A stretch of DNA of 64,000 nucleotides from Catajapyx aquilonaris (Eukaryota). The notes below the pieces were generated by a model that saw only the letters and a program-made list of their open reading frames with translations, ran no database searches and was not told where the DNA came from. Where the stretch lies: contig KZ538228.1 of NCBI GenBank assembly GCA_000934665.2, positions 1 through 64,000 of the forward strand. Reading direction: 5' to 3'. The translations under genes and the position numbers were made by a program. Below are positions 38,601 to 50,903 of this stretch, piece after piece (positions within the stretch are counted from its first letter, which is position 1; every line of letters begins with the position of its first letter).

Positions 38601-41600
38601 ATCGAGTCGGTTCAGCCATACCAAGAGGAGACTGCTCATCTTACAAGAGAAGTCAATGATCTTCAGCGACAGCTCCTGTCTGTCAAGGAGCATCAAGTCG
38701 AAGAGAGGAGGAGTAAGTGGAAGGGGAAAATTTGAAATAAACGTAATGGGGGAATTTATTCTAACCTGAGAATGTCTTGAAATTGCGGTTTTAAAATGTT
38801 GAGTTGACTACAAAATGGGTTGCATGTTGTAAATGAATTTAAGTTAATTAGTCCATATTCAGTAACGGGGTACGATAAATAAAATAATAATAATATTGGA
38901 CAATTAATTTTTTTAATTAAGCAGTTTTCTATTGCCATGGAAATGCACTTCCAGGTGTCTGAATATTGATGGCAGGTGTTAGAATGTCGAAACGTAAGTG
39001 CATTGATTAGTTTTGGAAACAACATTATTTCCACTTCATTTAGCAAGAAACGTGTATGAATATGCGTGTAATAAGTTACAGAAAATTTTGTCTTTTGCTG
39101 TGATGTAACTTCAATTGAATAATCTGATGTAGCTCTTCGATATTCAAAGAGTCATTATTGAGGTGTAAATTTTTTTTTTTTTGCAAATTTCATTTTAGAG
39201 TTGAAGAACACTATCCGCAAGCTTGAGAGTGAGAAGGACGAGTTGGCGTTTGTTGCTGCGGAGTCAGCCAGCAGAGCAGACCTGCTGGATAAGGAAGTTC
39301 GCTCCAGGGGACACAAGATCGCCGTGCTGCAGGAGAAGTGCCTTGATCCTGTCATAACAATAACCGGTGGCGGTGAGTGCCAAAATGCAGTCCGAATCGC
39401 TGAGCAGTAATTAGGCTAAACATCATTTGAATTCTGAAAATATGTTACAAGTTGTTACAATTTTGGAGAATAATACAATCTACTGCAGCTTATGATTGAA
39501 CTAATTTTTTTCTTCCAGGTGACACAAAGCCTTCCTCTTCCTTACGTCGCCCCCGCCTGGAGATGTCCTACCTTCCACCCAACAACGAAGACCCCCGCCA
39601 GCACCGATGGAACGTTGTCCACGAGCAGGCGCAGAACCCGGTGGTTGTGGACCTCCTGTCGGCTGCGGACGCAAGAACCCAGCACATGAGGAACGAGCTG
39701 GAGTCCCTTCACACAGAGAGGAACGAGCTGCACACGAAGGTGGAAGAGCTCACAGAGAAAGTGGCCTCCCGAGAGCGACAGCTAGACAGGATGGCCAGGA
39801 AAGCTGCCAGGGGAGCCTCCCCGAAGGCCATGATGAATAGAAGGCCAGGTAAATGCCGCAATCACACCTGAGGGTATATACAGTGCACAGTGCAACAGTT
39901 GCATGCTATTTTCTTTTACCGAAGGTCCCACTGCAGACGTCATTCGAGCCCACATGGAATGCTTGTGTGTCGAGAAGTCGGGCCTGGAGAAACGGCTGCA
40001 GGAGGCAGTAGAGGGCCAGCACGATGCAATGCAGCGTGCGGTGCGACTAGCCAATGAACTTGCAGAACTACGTGGTCGCATCGGCCACCGCGGCACTGGC
40101 GGCAACAACATCCACGGCCAGCTGGATAAGGCGATGGCAGAACTGGAGACCCTCAGTGCTCGTAACGGGGACTTGCAGTCGGAGAAGACTCGCCTCTCTG
40201 AAATGGCAGCCGAGTGGGAGTCGAGGGCTAAAAGGGCCGAGGTAATGTTGGACGAGTTGCGGAAGGAGGGAAGGCGGTGCGACAGGGAGAAGAAGGAGCT
40301 GCTGGTAGAGCTGGAGCGACTGGAGAAGGAGGGTCCAGGGAGGAGGAAGGGGCACGCAGGGGCCAGCGGAGAGGACATATGTGACAGGGCAGTGTCTCCG
40401 TTTCAAGACTGGGAATCGGACCTTGACGCAGTAAGGAGGAAGAAAGCCGAGCTGGAGAAGGAGCGGGATAAGCTGAGAGCACGGGTTAGTTCTGCTTGTG
40501 ACGATTCTCCAGGATATATTGTCCATCTCTTTCTATCCTCAGTGCTCCAGAATAATGGCTTAATTAAGTGAAACTTGATGTGCCTTAACCTGCCTGCTCT
40601 TTGTTTTCAGGTTCAGATTCTGGAGCAGAACATGCCCCACAGGAGATCTGGTTCACCACCGCCCCACGACGCAGCTCCCAGGTCCTTGTCCCCGACGTCT
40701 GAATCTCTGGTGCGCCGTGCCGAGAGTGAGCGCATTCGTGCCAGGGAGGACAACCGTCGCCTTCGTGAAGAAAGGGACGCCTTGCAGCAGAAGTTTGAAA
40801 TGCAAGGAGCTGAGTGGGAGGTACAAAGCCGGCGGCTGGAGTTGGATAGAAACGACACCCTTCGTCAGTTGGCTGCCCAGAGGTCGTTGTACACAGGTAG
40901 GAAGAGTAAAGATGCCTCGACGTGGCTGCTTTTACAATTTTGATTCTTGTCCCAGGGGCTGAGGAGCAGCTGAGGTCTGCCCGATTGGAGGCGGAGGCGG
41001 CCCGGACTGAATCTGCAAATGCCCGGGTGCAGAGGGAGAGATTGGACAGGGCGCTGGCGGAGGCCAGGGAGGAGATCGCTCGCTTGAGGTCCGAGATCGG
41101 GTGTGCCCAGGGTCGAGCCAAGGCGGCCGAAGAGGATTGCATGGCGGAGCAAAGAAAGGTTGCCCAGGTGGAGCAGGAACTCCAGAGTGCCAAGCAGGCC
41201 ATAGCAAGGCTGGACAGGGAGAGGGACGATTTGAGGTCCAGGCTGGACGATCAGACGGAAGGACTGGCTGGGGTGGAAGCCGAGCTCAGAGCCAAGGAAG
41301 CGACACTGGCGCAGGCTTCGGAGGCCAACCGGGTACTGCAGCGAAAGCTCGAGTGAGTACCTTTTTACTCTGCCAAAATATTAAATGTAGGATCAGTTGC
41401 ACCGCTGAAGGTGTCTTGCCGAGAGTGAACAAAACTATTACATAAAATTAATCATCCGTGCAAAGCATGCCGTCAGTGGTGCAATTGGCCCTTACGCCAG
41501 CACGATCGTCATCATTAATGACATTTTATTACTGCAATAACTTACCATTATGCAGCGGAAAGCATTTTGAAGATGTGTTAGGGCAAGTGAGGTACCAAAA

Positions 41601-44600
41601 GGATTTGAAGGTAGCGTTACAATGAAGTTTCATATTTCAAGTCTGTACACAGAATGTTAACGTGTGCTCAAGATTAGTGGCAATCTGAGAACTAGGACAA
41701 GGCAGAGAACATGCAGAATAAATATTGCGATACAGTCTTAGTCCCCTACGTTCAACATGTGTTGTCACAATTTTCAGTCACATGAATTCGGTTAATTATG
41801 AGGATCAAGTTACAAGAAGTAGAAAGTCCGCTTGTTGACGCAAATCAGATCTGCTTTAGGATTATTATCAGTGTCTGCATTACACTGCTTTTAACAGGGC
41901 ATGCATTTTTCTGCGGTTATTGATGTGAAGTGCTACAAAGGGGCATCGGGAAATGATGTTTGAAAAGATATGGCAGGTGTTTACAAGTGTTAAGAGTAGA
42001 TAAGGACATGTTTTCTAAGTTGACACAACAGTTGTACTGGATGTTTTCAAGACACATGTTTGCTGTGGATAAATATCGTGATGAAAGTGTTTTTGGCACT
42101 TTATACGGTGATGGGGTCCGTCATCAGCGGCTCGTTACCGTTGGGGATTATTCAGCGTTAAGAACTTTGCGATCCTCACGGACGCCGGCGTGCACGACCC
42201 GTCATCTCCCGGCCTGAATCCAGGCATGCACGTGCACTGGGGCCTCCCAGATTGGTCCATGACCACCCAGTGGCCCTCTTCACACGGGCCCCTCTCCTTC
42301 AATCGGAAGCACTTGCGGTCATTCCCTAGGCCTTCGGAATCAATCGACGAGGTTAGATGGCTTCCGGAATCACTCCCACCGCTGCTGCCCGCAGATGGAA
42401 ACTCCACAAACCCCCCCTTCTGGTCACACTGGCAGACGAGGGGTCTCCCCGGCCTGGATTCCTCCCCGGCCAGGACCTGCCCAGGAGGACACGGCCCTCT
42501 GGTTCCAAGCTGGAAGCACATCCCGGATTCGGGATGGAAGGTGCGAGAGTCCGAGCGGTCACAACCACACCTGCCTCCGAGGCTTCCGGAATTAGCTCCA
42601 GGCGGATGCAAGTGAAACCCAGTCACCACCTGGCCCTTGGGGCACGAACCGGCCTCTCCGGGGCGGTGGCAGCGACGCTCCAGGTTCGGACTGTCGGGAA
42701 AGTCGGGCCCCATAAACAGGTGGCCTCTGGGGCAAGGGTTGGGCATACACCGTCCGGACTCCGAACCTGATGAAGAAGTAATGTTACTGACTGCAGCAAA
42801 CTGTTATAGAGAACAATGATTTTGCAAGGAATGCTATGTGCTCACCTGTCTGATTGCTGTCGGGAACCAAAAATTGTCCAGGACGACACGGTCCTCTGGA
42901 GAACAGAGGATGGCAAGACCCATCCGGATCCTCTCCAGGTAACGACACGAACCCTTCTGGACACCTGCAGAACTCTTCGTCTGGAGATGGAGGCGGCACC
43001 TTCCCCCTGCCCCTGCTCGATGGCGGCCTGAACCTCTTCCCGCCCTTGCACGGCCCCTGGGATCCCTCCTCGAAGCACATCTCGCTCTGAGGATGAAACC
43101 CTGGGAAATTGGGCCGGCATCCGCATGCTGTCCTCTGGTCGTCGTCCCTGAAGAAGAAGAGCTCTCCCCGCTCGCACGGCCCCCTAGTGAAGTGCTGGAA
43201 GCAACCTGAGGACGCAGCCCCGGAGACGCCAGCCGGTGGCCACAGGTGACGACGCATTTCAGGAGGACACCTGCATCTGAGGGTCCCAGACTCAGGATCC
43301 GGCACCAGCAGGTCGCCCCTGGTGCATGGACCCCTGGTGAGTATGGGCTGGCAGGCCGCCCCGGGGCCTGGCCAGAACCCCTGCCCCGGTGGGCACGGAG
43401 GAGGCAACCGGCAGCTGCCCCGCACGGATCCAGACATGGAGGACCTCCTGCCATCCATGTACTGACCCTCTGGACACTGGCCACGAGAGAACCTGAGGAG
43501 TATAATACATAATCATGGCCTTGTTCCCAGCCGTTTCCAGCAAACTGACCTCGGATGGCATGTCTGGTCAGGAGGCCACAGGAGCGTCTTGGGAGGGCAC
43601 CTGCATCTGGGCCGCTTGCTGGATGGGTCAAACACCAGCTCCTGGGTCGGAGGGCACGGCCCTTGCCTGAAGAGCTGGTAGCACCGGCCGTCCAGTGGCC
43701 ATCTGACCAGCTGCCAGCTGCGGGCAGAGCAAGGGTTGGCCACTGGGTCGGCCCACGGTGGAGGGATGACGCTGATGGGCATCCTCATCACCGCACCAGT
43801 CCATGTCAACGCCAGGAGAAGCAGCAGGGGCGAACCCAGGGGCGAACCCAAGGGCCGGGAGGGCATGGCATCCTGCGGGTTTCACAAGGGACAAGTGTCG
43901 TTATCTGGAGCTCAATTAGTCGTTTTCTCCACAAAATTTTTCAGCGGCAATCTCTCTCCGATTTGAGATTGACAGTGGTGGGCTACAAACACAAATTCCG
44001 TTTCGGAATTGCCAGGTGGTAACCACAATCGCAAATATAATTATTCTCGTCAGCGGAATGATGATGATGATGATGATGATGATGAGGGGCACCCACTTGG
44101 CAGGCCAACTGAAACGATGCTGGTCACGTTCCTTTCGCTTCACCAAAAGGACTTCCAAGGGAGGGAGAGAGGGGGAACGCGACAAAACAAGGACACTTGC
44201 ACAGTGTGTCATTTTTGCAGAGGAGAAAATTAAAAAAAAAAAAAACCTTACCACAGCGCGTGTATACACAATGCTTGGAATTGAATGTTTTAAAAGTCGG
44301 ATAAGAATCTAGCTGTACGAGGAAGTCTTTTGAAAGTGAAAATGAAGTTAGAGGAAGAAGGGGGGAAAAAAACCAGTTGGGCATGAAAGTGTTTTTTTTT
44401 TTTTTTGGTTGCATCACATCTTATTTGAGAGTGTAGGTGGGTACACCGCAATGAACCAAGAAAGATGCGGACGTTTTTTTTTTTTTTTGTTTTTTGTACT
44501 GGTTGGATGTACACAGTGAAAGAGAGCGAGAGAGAAAAAATGCGCTTCGGAAATTCGAAGTACGACGTTCCACTATAGAGTATACAGTGCCCATATGTCC

Positions 44601-47600
44601 GCTTAAAATAATACAAAAATCGTAAACAGGTACTATAACACTCGAACAAGATTGTCGCACTGTATCCGCGTCAATTACTGGATTACTATAACGCGCAAAA
44701 AGATTGTCGCGCTGTATCCCCGCGACAATCTTTATCAGTGTTATAGTCCGGATCTTTTCTATCGGCGTATACACTACACTATACGGAAATTGTACGTGAC
44801 AAACCGCATTGTCGCAAATTCCTATGCACTTTTTTTCGACACTTGAAAATTTGCGTTGTGTCCTCAGTTTGATTGTAAAATGCACTAACCTGAAGCCTTG
44901 CCCCGTTGTTGCCTTGTACTGTTTTTTTTTTTAGGTGATTTTGTTCGTGTGTGCTACACCTTTTCCTTTCGGTGGTCGGAAGGCCAGTGTGCGTTTTTGA
45001 AGGGTGGTCCTTGCGCAAGTAATAATAATGCGGAGGTAGTTGGTGGGGTAGTTGATGGGATGGGGGGGGGGGGGGGGTTGCAGCTTTCACTTCGTAAAGA
45101 GATGCAGGGGTCTGATTTCGGTGGGCAAGGAAGCGAAAGTAGAAGGTTGCTTGTGTGTGTGTGTGTGCGCGTACGAAAGGAAGCACAGAATGGTCATAAC
45201 GGGATTTGTCCGGCTTGAAGGTTGCGTGTTGTTGGGGGGGAGACCTCGGCCTTGACCTGGTCAACTGGTAGGACGGAGGAAAAAAAAAATTGGCGGATTA
45301 AACTGAAAGTGGTCTCATAAAGTATCGGGGCGCGGCCTCCTTTTGTAGCCTTTTTTTTTTTGTACATATAAAATGCATGGGCAAATGAGTCGAGTTTTGT
45401 GTGGCCTGCTTTTTTGCTTCGAAGGTCGACCAGATGTCTTGTCAGTCACGTTCGAAAGTTTTTGATGCATTTTGGGGCGCGATGATAGCGCACGAAGCAA
45501 TTACTGTACGCACAACAACCACATGGTTGATGAGCGATAAGAAGAACAGCCGCGTGGGTGCCGCAAACGGGCGCCAACTGGCACGTGCCAGATCGATCTC
45601 GCGGGGAAACTCTCTTCACATTAAACAGAAAATCCATAGCATAATATTACGAAATCATTGCCGAAGGAAATATTGTAGCCATATTTATTAGTTTCATAAT
45701 TTATTCAGTTCTTTTCTTTGCTAGTTTATTCGGTTATTTTTACCAGTTTATTTGGTTATTTCCTTACCAATTATTGATTTCTTCAGTTTTTACCTGTTTA
45801 ATTCTTCGGGATATATACTGGTCGTTCGAGATGGCCAGTTGGACTGTTCCTACCTGGTCATCGCTGGTAACCCCATCTTGATGGGAATATGCCGTGAAGG
45901 AAATGTATGAATGTATGTATGTATGTAATTCTTCGGGGGGGGGGGGTTGCCTGTTTCTTCAGTTATTTTTTACCAATGTATTTCTTCAGTTATTTCTTTA
46001 CCAATTTGTTCAGTTATTTTTTAACCAATTTGTTCAGTTATTTTTAGCCAATTTGTTCAGTTATTTTTAAACAATTTGTTCAGTTACTTCTTGACCAGTT
46101 GATTTATTCAGTTACTTCTTGACCAGTTGATTTATTCAGTTACTTCTTGACCAGTTGATTTATTCAGTTACTTCTTGACCAGTTGATTTATTCAGTTACT
46201 TCTTGACCAGTTGATTTATTCAGTTACTTCTTGACCGGTTGATTTATTCAGTTACTTCTTGACCAGTTGATTTATTCAGTTACTTCTTGACCAGTTGATT
46301 TATTCAGTTACTTCTTGACCAGTTGATTTATTCAGTTACTTCTTGACCAGTTGATTTATTCAGTTACTTCTTGACCAGTTGATTTATTCAGTTACTTCTT
46401 GACCAGTTTATTTCTTTACGTGTTTATGTGGTCTTGTATTGGCTTGCTCATTTATTTATTTATTTGCTGATAAATTTTTGAGGTAATTATAATTGGCTAA
46501 TGGTAGGAGGAGAATAGTCATTCCGCGGTCATTATTTTACGCCCTCCTTTTTATTGCTGCTCGTACTGAGGGGAGTTTAATTTTTATGGTTCCATTATGG
46601 TTTTCATTGTTTTACGAGTATGACAGCTGGATAATTGAGTGTGTTTTACATGATGGACTGGATATATGTGGGGGGACTCCATTCCCGGAAGTGTTCAGAG
46701 TTATATACGGTATTATATATATTTTTTGTTTTGTTTTTCATTAGAGAGGTTGGAAAAAAATTGCACTTTCGTGTCCACAGGAGAAGGCGAAAAGACAATT
46801 GGTGAAATGAAGGCGATGTCATGAGCAGTTCTGGCACGTTATGGGGTCCTTCTTTATGCTCCGGGAGTCCGATTTTGTGCTTATTCCAAGTGAGAGTGGA
46901 GGGGAAAGTCAGTTGTGTGTGAGGTAGAGGCGGGTAGAGGTGAGAGAGAGAGAGAGAGAGAGAGATGTTAGAAAAATGGAAGGTTGTTTGGGATTACGCC
47001 AGATGAAAACTGTGGGAATCAATCTAGAACTGTATAATAGCACGGCAAGAAGAAGGAGAAGAAAAGAATTAAAATATGTGACGCCCTTGGGGCCGGAAGT
47101 AGCCCCCTTTTTTTCATATAAATTTATTCCGCCTTCAGGGTGCCAAAAGGGGACTTCAAAGGAGGGCAGACTTAACATGAATTTTTGATCAGTTGGCTTC
47201 ATGATGTTAAAATATAATGTAACCTCCTTTCTGGTTGTAATTTCTGTGTAGTTTTTAGCTTCGGTGAGTTCATTTGCTCGTGGAGCTGAACGGATATTAC
47301 ATCAGTTCTAATCGCAGGGATCTGAAAATATGTTTTCCTGGGTCTGATGTAAAAAAATTAAAAAAAGCAGTATAAATAGAGAAGCCAGGTAAAAAAAATT
47401 ATGGTCTAATTTTTTTTTCTGTCAGTACTGTCGCCGGAAGGGGAACTTTCCACAGCCGGGGACTGTTATTATTTTTGTGTGTGCGGCATGTGAAAAAAGA
47501 AAAAGAAAAGAAAGGATAATATAGATCACAATGGGTTTCCCGAATCATGTCATGCTGCCCTCTCTTTTTTTCTTTTCTTTTTTCCTTTTTTTTTTGAGAT

Positions 47601-50236
47601 CTCCTTGAACTAACGGCGTAAAAATTTTCTGGTAACGACATGTTTTCCTCCAAGGATAGCGACCCGCTCAATAGCTGCAATCAAGCGTGATGACATCGCC
47701 GATAACATTCCGGTGTATAGCGTGCACTATTTTAGGAATTTTTGAAAGGTGCGATTAAATAAATTTGTGATGGTTATTATTACCATGTCTTGGGATTTTG
47801 GGGAGCACTTTCACGTTCATATTTCCATATCTTTGAATGAGGCTGGAAGGTGTTTGCCTGTGAAATAATATATGCTGGGTATACGATCTACGATATACGA
47901 TCTCGTAGTAATTTCCACCCTTGCAATAATATTTATGACTTACTTTCACTGTGAAATATGCTCTTTTCTTGGGACAGATAAGTCACGAAATTGCTCTTTG
48001 AACAATGAGTGTAAATGTTCCCTGTTTCGATCTGATTTTTGGCTCTTTATTCATTAGCGAGCAACTGGATAATCTCCGCCGTGAGGAAAGGGAATCCCGT
48101 CGTTTGGGTCGTGAGGTCGACCGCATGCGTGCAGAGGAGGAAGCTGCTGCTGCCAGGAGGGATGCCCTCCTGAGGGAGAACCGGCGTCTTCAGGAGGAGT
48201 CCCTGACGGTGACCGCCCAGGCGACCCAGGAGAGAGAGGAGGCCCGTAGATATTCCGAAGAGGCCGAGGAGCTGCGGGTGAAGGCAAAGAGGTACCTGGC
48301 GGAGGTGCGGCGCGTGGAGGAGATCGTGGCCCGCAAGGAGGAGGAGCAGGCCCGGCTCCTGGATCACTTCCAGAGCCTCTCGCAGGAGCATTCCACCCTG
48401 GAGAGCAGCAAGCAGGCCCTGGAGGCCACCGTGGCCGGGGCCAGGCTAGAAGCCAGCACCAGCCGGGATGAGGCCAGGCAGGCCCAAGAAGCCTTGCAAG
48501 CCTCGCAGAGGGAGCTTTCGAACCAGCAGCACATCGTCAAGGGGTTCGAGGTATGCTTGTAGAGATGCCGTCACCTTCAGGTGAAAGTGACCCCTTCGCT
48601 AAAAATTCTGAGAGCAGACTTACAAGAAGTTGTGTGATGTCACTTAGCACTTAACGACTCTCCAATTCGTAGGAGGTGTTTAGCGCTTCGTCGTCACAAA
48701 GCGAATTCATATTTGCATTGAAGTGACATCAGACTACTTTAAACAATGCTCTGAATGCTGTCCTTTTGAGAGGCTGATTAATTAAATGACCAGGAGAGCT
48801 CTTTTAATGAAAAGCGCATTGAGTGTGTTTATAGCAATTTGAACGCTGCAGAGCACAGCACAAGGAATTGCACGCCATAACCGCACTGAAATTTAGCCTA
48901 TCCTTTCAGGTCAGCTAAAATAACTCTTGAAACATTTTTCCATGCCTTGCCTAAACGATCGTAACTCTTGGACGCATCTTTTACTGTCCACTTCTAGCAG
49001 CACTGACGACACCCGTCTCCATCCATTTCGTGTTCTCGTTTCCATTGCACGTTTTATGTTCGTACTCCCAGTTTCGTGTGCACGTCCGAATGCACCAACA
49101 AAATATTAATATCTTTGCTTGCATGTCATTCTCGAGGAACCTGGGTCGGAAGCACTTGTTACATTCAAAGACCGTCTTGGCTAACATTTAACTTGGTTAC
49201 TGGGCTAACTTTTGCACAATTCCAGGATTATACCAACTGCACTTGTCCGAGAGATTTCCCGCAAGCTTTACTAGTTTCCTTTAACTTGGTTGAACTTTTA
49301 TGCATGAGATTTATGTTGGGCTTAAATTATTACTTTAGATTTTCTTCTCTCTCTTTTTTTTTTGTTGATGCACTCGAACCCTTCCCTGCTTTTACCTTAA
49401 CTTCCCTCTCCCCACTTTTCCTCCCTCTCTGGAGGCCCGAGCCAATGAAGCTTCCCACCGTGCCGCCCGCGTGGAATCACGCGTGCGCCAGTTGGAGCTG
49501 GAGAAGCAGTCCCTGGAGAAGGAGAGTATCTCTTCCCGTGAGCTGAACGCCCGCTTGGGACACCAGGCGGACGAGCTTCAGTGTCGGTTGGCGGAAATGG
49601 ATGCTATTCGGGCCCAGCTGGAGGCCTCGCTGGAAGGCTCCAGGGACGAGTCTCGCGCAATGTCAACCCAGCTGGAGGCACAGCGCGAGGCAGCCCGACG
49701 CCTGGAGGAACTCCTGGAGGACCAACGCGAGAGGGAGAGCCGCAGGTCGATGGCCGAGTCGGAGAGGGCTGGAGAAATGGAGCGTTCCAAGCGGCTGCTG
49801 AGGGAGACGCAGAGCAAGGCGGAAAGGCTGGAAGGGGAGAAGGCAAGGGTGCTTCGGAAGCTGAACGATCTGGAGGAGGAGGATAGCCGTCTCAGGCGGG
49901 AGTTGATACGGGAAAGGTCATGCTCTTTTTTGTGCTTGTACGATCACTAGGTACTGCTTGTAAGAATGAGTTACTAATGATGATGCGTTGCCCTACAGGT
50001 ACGAACGAGAAAAACACTGCCAGGAAGTCAAGCGGCTCAGGAAGCGTCTTGGCGACGGGGATGAAAGTGACGGAGGATCGGTCGTCTCTGAAGTATCATT
50101 AGTGCACACCAGCACCAGGACTTACGAGCACGATGCAGAGCACGTGTCCGCCCCAGCCTCCATGTGTTCACACTCTCCGGAAGGCTCGGAAGAGAGGCCT
50201 GCCACCATGTGCAGAAGCCACAGCGGAGACATGTGA
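35696..50236 (+). CDS. CEP135: Centrosomal protein CEP135 (Bld10), 10 coding exons, ~1091 aa coiled-coil protein
   Basis: Exons: 35696-35884, 38586-38712, 39199-39372, 39519-39848, 39925-40484, 40611-40896, 40956-41352, 48058-48550, 49435-49916, 49999-50236, all phase-consistent. The N-terminus KYAVLRHQLDEMGYKHPLALEALPLVERLFNDLVRTTESLKKAK...VQPYQEE matches the conserved CEP135 N-terminal domain. YLAEVRRVEEIVARKEEEQARLLDHFQSL and LIRERYERE match later CEP135/TSGA10 blocks. Confidence 0.9.
35986..36108. mobile_element. 123-bp MITE-like element with perfect 15-bp TIRs and internal gggtagtccg direct repeats
   Basis: gaggggttattcact (35986-36000) pairs with agtgaataacccctc (36094-36108). About five copies of (g)ggtagtccg lie inside. 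Confidence 0.65.
36355..36505. mobile_element. PIF/Harbinger (Tourist)-like MITE with ~30-bp imperfect TIRs in CEP135 intron 1
   Basis: ggtgcatttacatgtgagcgatttgacgag pairs with ctcgtcaaatccctcaacatgtaaacacacc, followed by TTA. Confidence 0.6.
37548..37580. mobile_element. Solo 3' end of the same MITE family
   Basis: ctgatcaaatcgcatgtatgtaaacacggcc+taa resembles the reverse complement of the 5' ends at 32657 and 36355. Confidence 0.4.
42135..43866 (-). CDS. Secreted cysteine/glycine/proline-rich repeat protein (DUF4789-like), 3 coding exons, ~531 aa, nested antisense in CEP135 intron 7
   Basis: Exons (-): 43866-43550, 43492-42846, 42766-42135, GT-AG and in phase. Signal-peptide-like LLLLLALTWTG is followed by about eight repeats of C[YF]x[LH]xx[RQ]GPC (e.g. 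CYQLFRQGPC, CFQHFTRGPC, CFQLGTRGPC, CFRLKERGPC). Family name is from recall of arthropod DUF4789 proteins. Confidence 0.85.
46081..46408. repeat. 28-bp minisatellite, ~11.7 near-perfect copies, with a decayed flank at 45700-46080
   Basis: Unit cagttacttcttgaccagttgatttatt recurs every 28 nt from 46081 to 46389. Confidence 0.95.
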
Positions 50237-50903
50237 AGACCGTGAACCAGTATTTGTTTTCCCCGTTTCTTCCAGGTTTCGGTTTCATTATTGTAGTCTT
50301 GTTTGATTGTGGCTTTTCCCTGCCACGGCCTGGTTGCACTGCAGAAGCTGTTTTCCCCCCCCCAAATAACGAGCCTTCAGCATTGCAACCGGACAGCAAC
50401 TTTGAGCAATAACCAGTCAACTAAAGATAAGACTGAGGTTGACGACAAGTACACGTTATGAAACTGGCTTTCCGTCCAATTTGTTGATCATGTACGCCTG
50501 CTAGCGTGACTGGCATTGCCAAAGTTTTTCGAAGCAGCGATGCACTTACAGTGACAATCAGCAGGCTATGCCACGATTGTTTTCTAATCATGAGGTGCAA
50601 GTGCCAAAGAAATGTAGTGAGAAAGCAAACCATGCTGCGCCTGATTGCATTTATTGAAACAGGTTTCTGAAAAAAGTACAACTCTCTCTTTTTTCCTTCC
50701 AACCCGTACCCCTCCCCTGTACATTCCGTGCACATCGGCAAATCATGTCTTTTGATGTATTTAAAAAAAAAGGTTGTGAAGGAAAATATGTGTTTCATTT
50801 GCGCTGATGTGAATGTAGGCTTGCAATAAGTAGAAAAATATAAATTTTTAAAAATTCAGGTCCCAACCATGCATGCTCATCTTTTCGTTGGACGGCAACA
50901 TGG

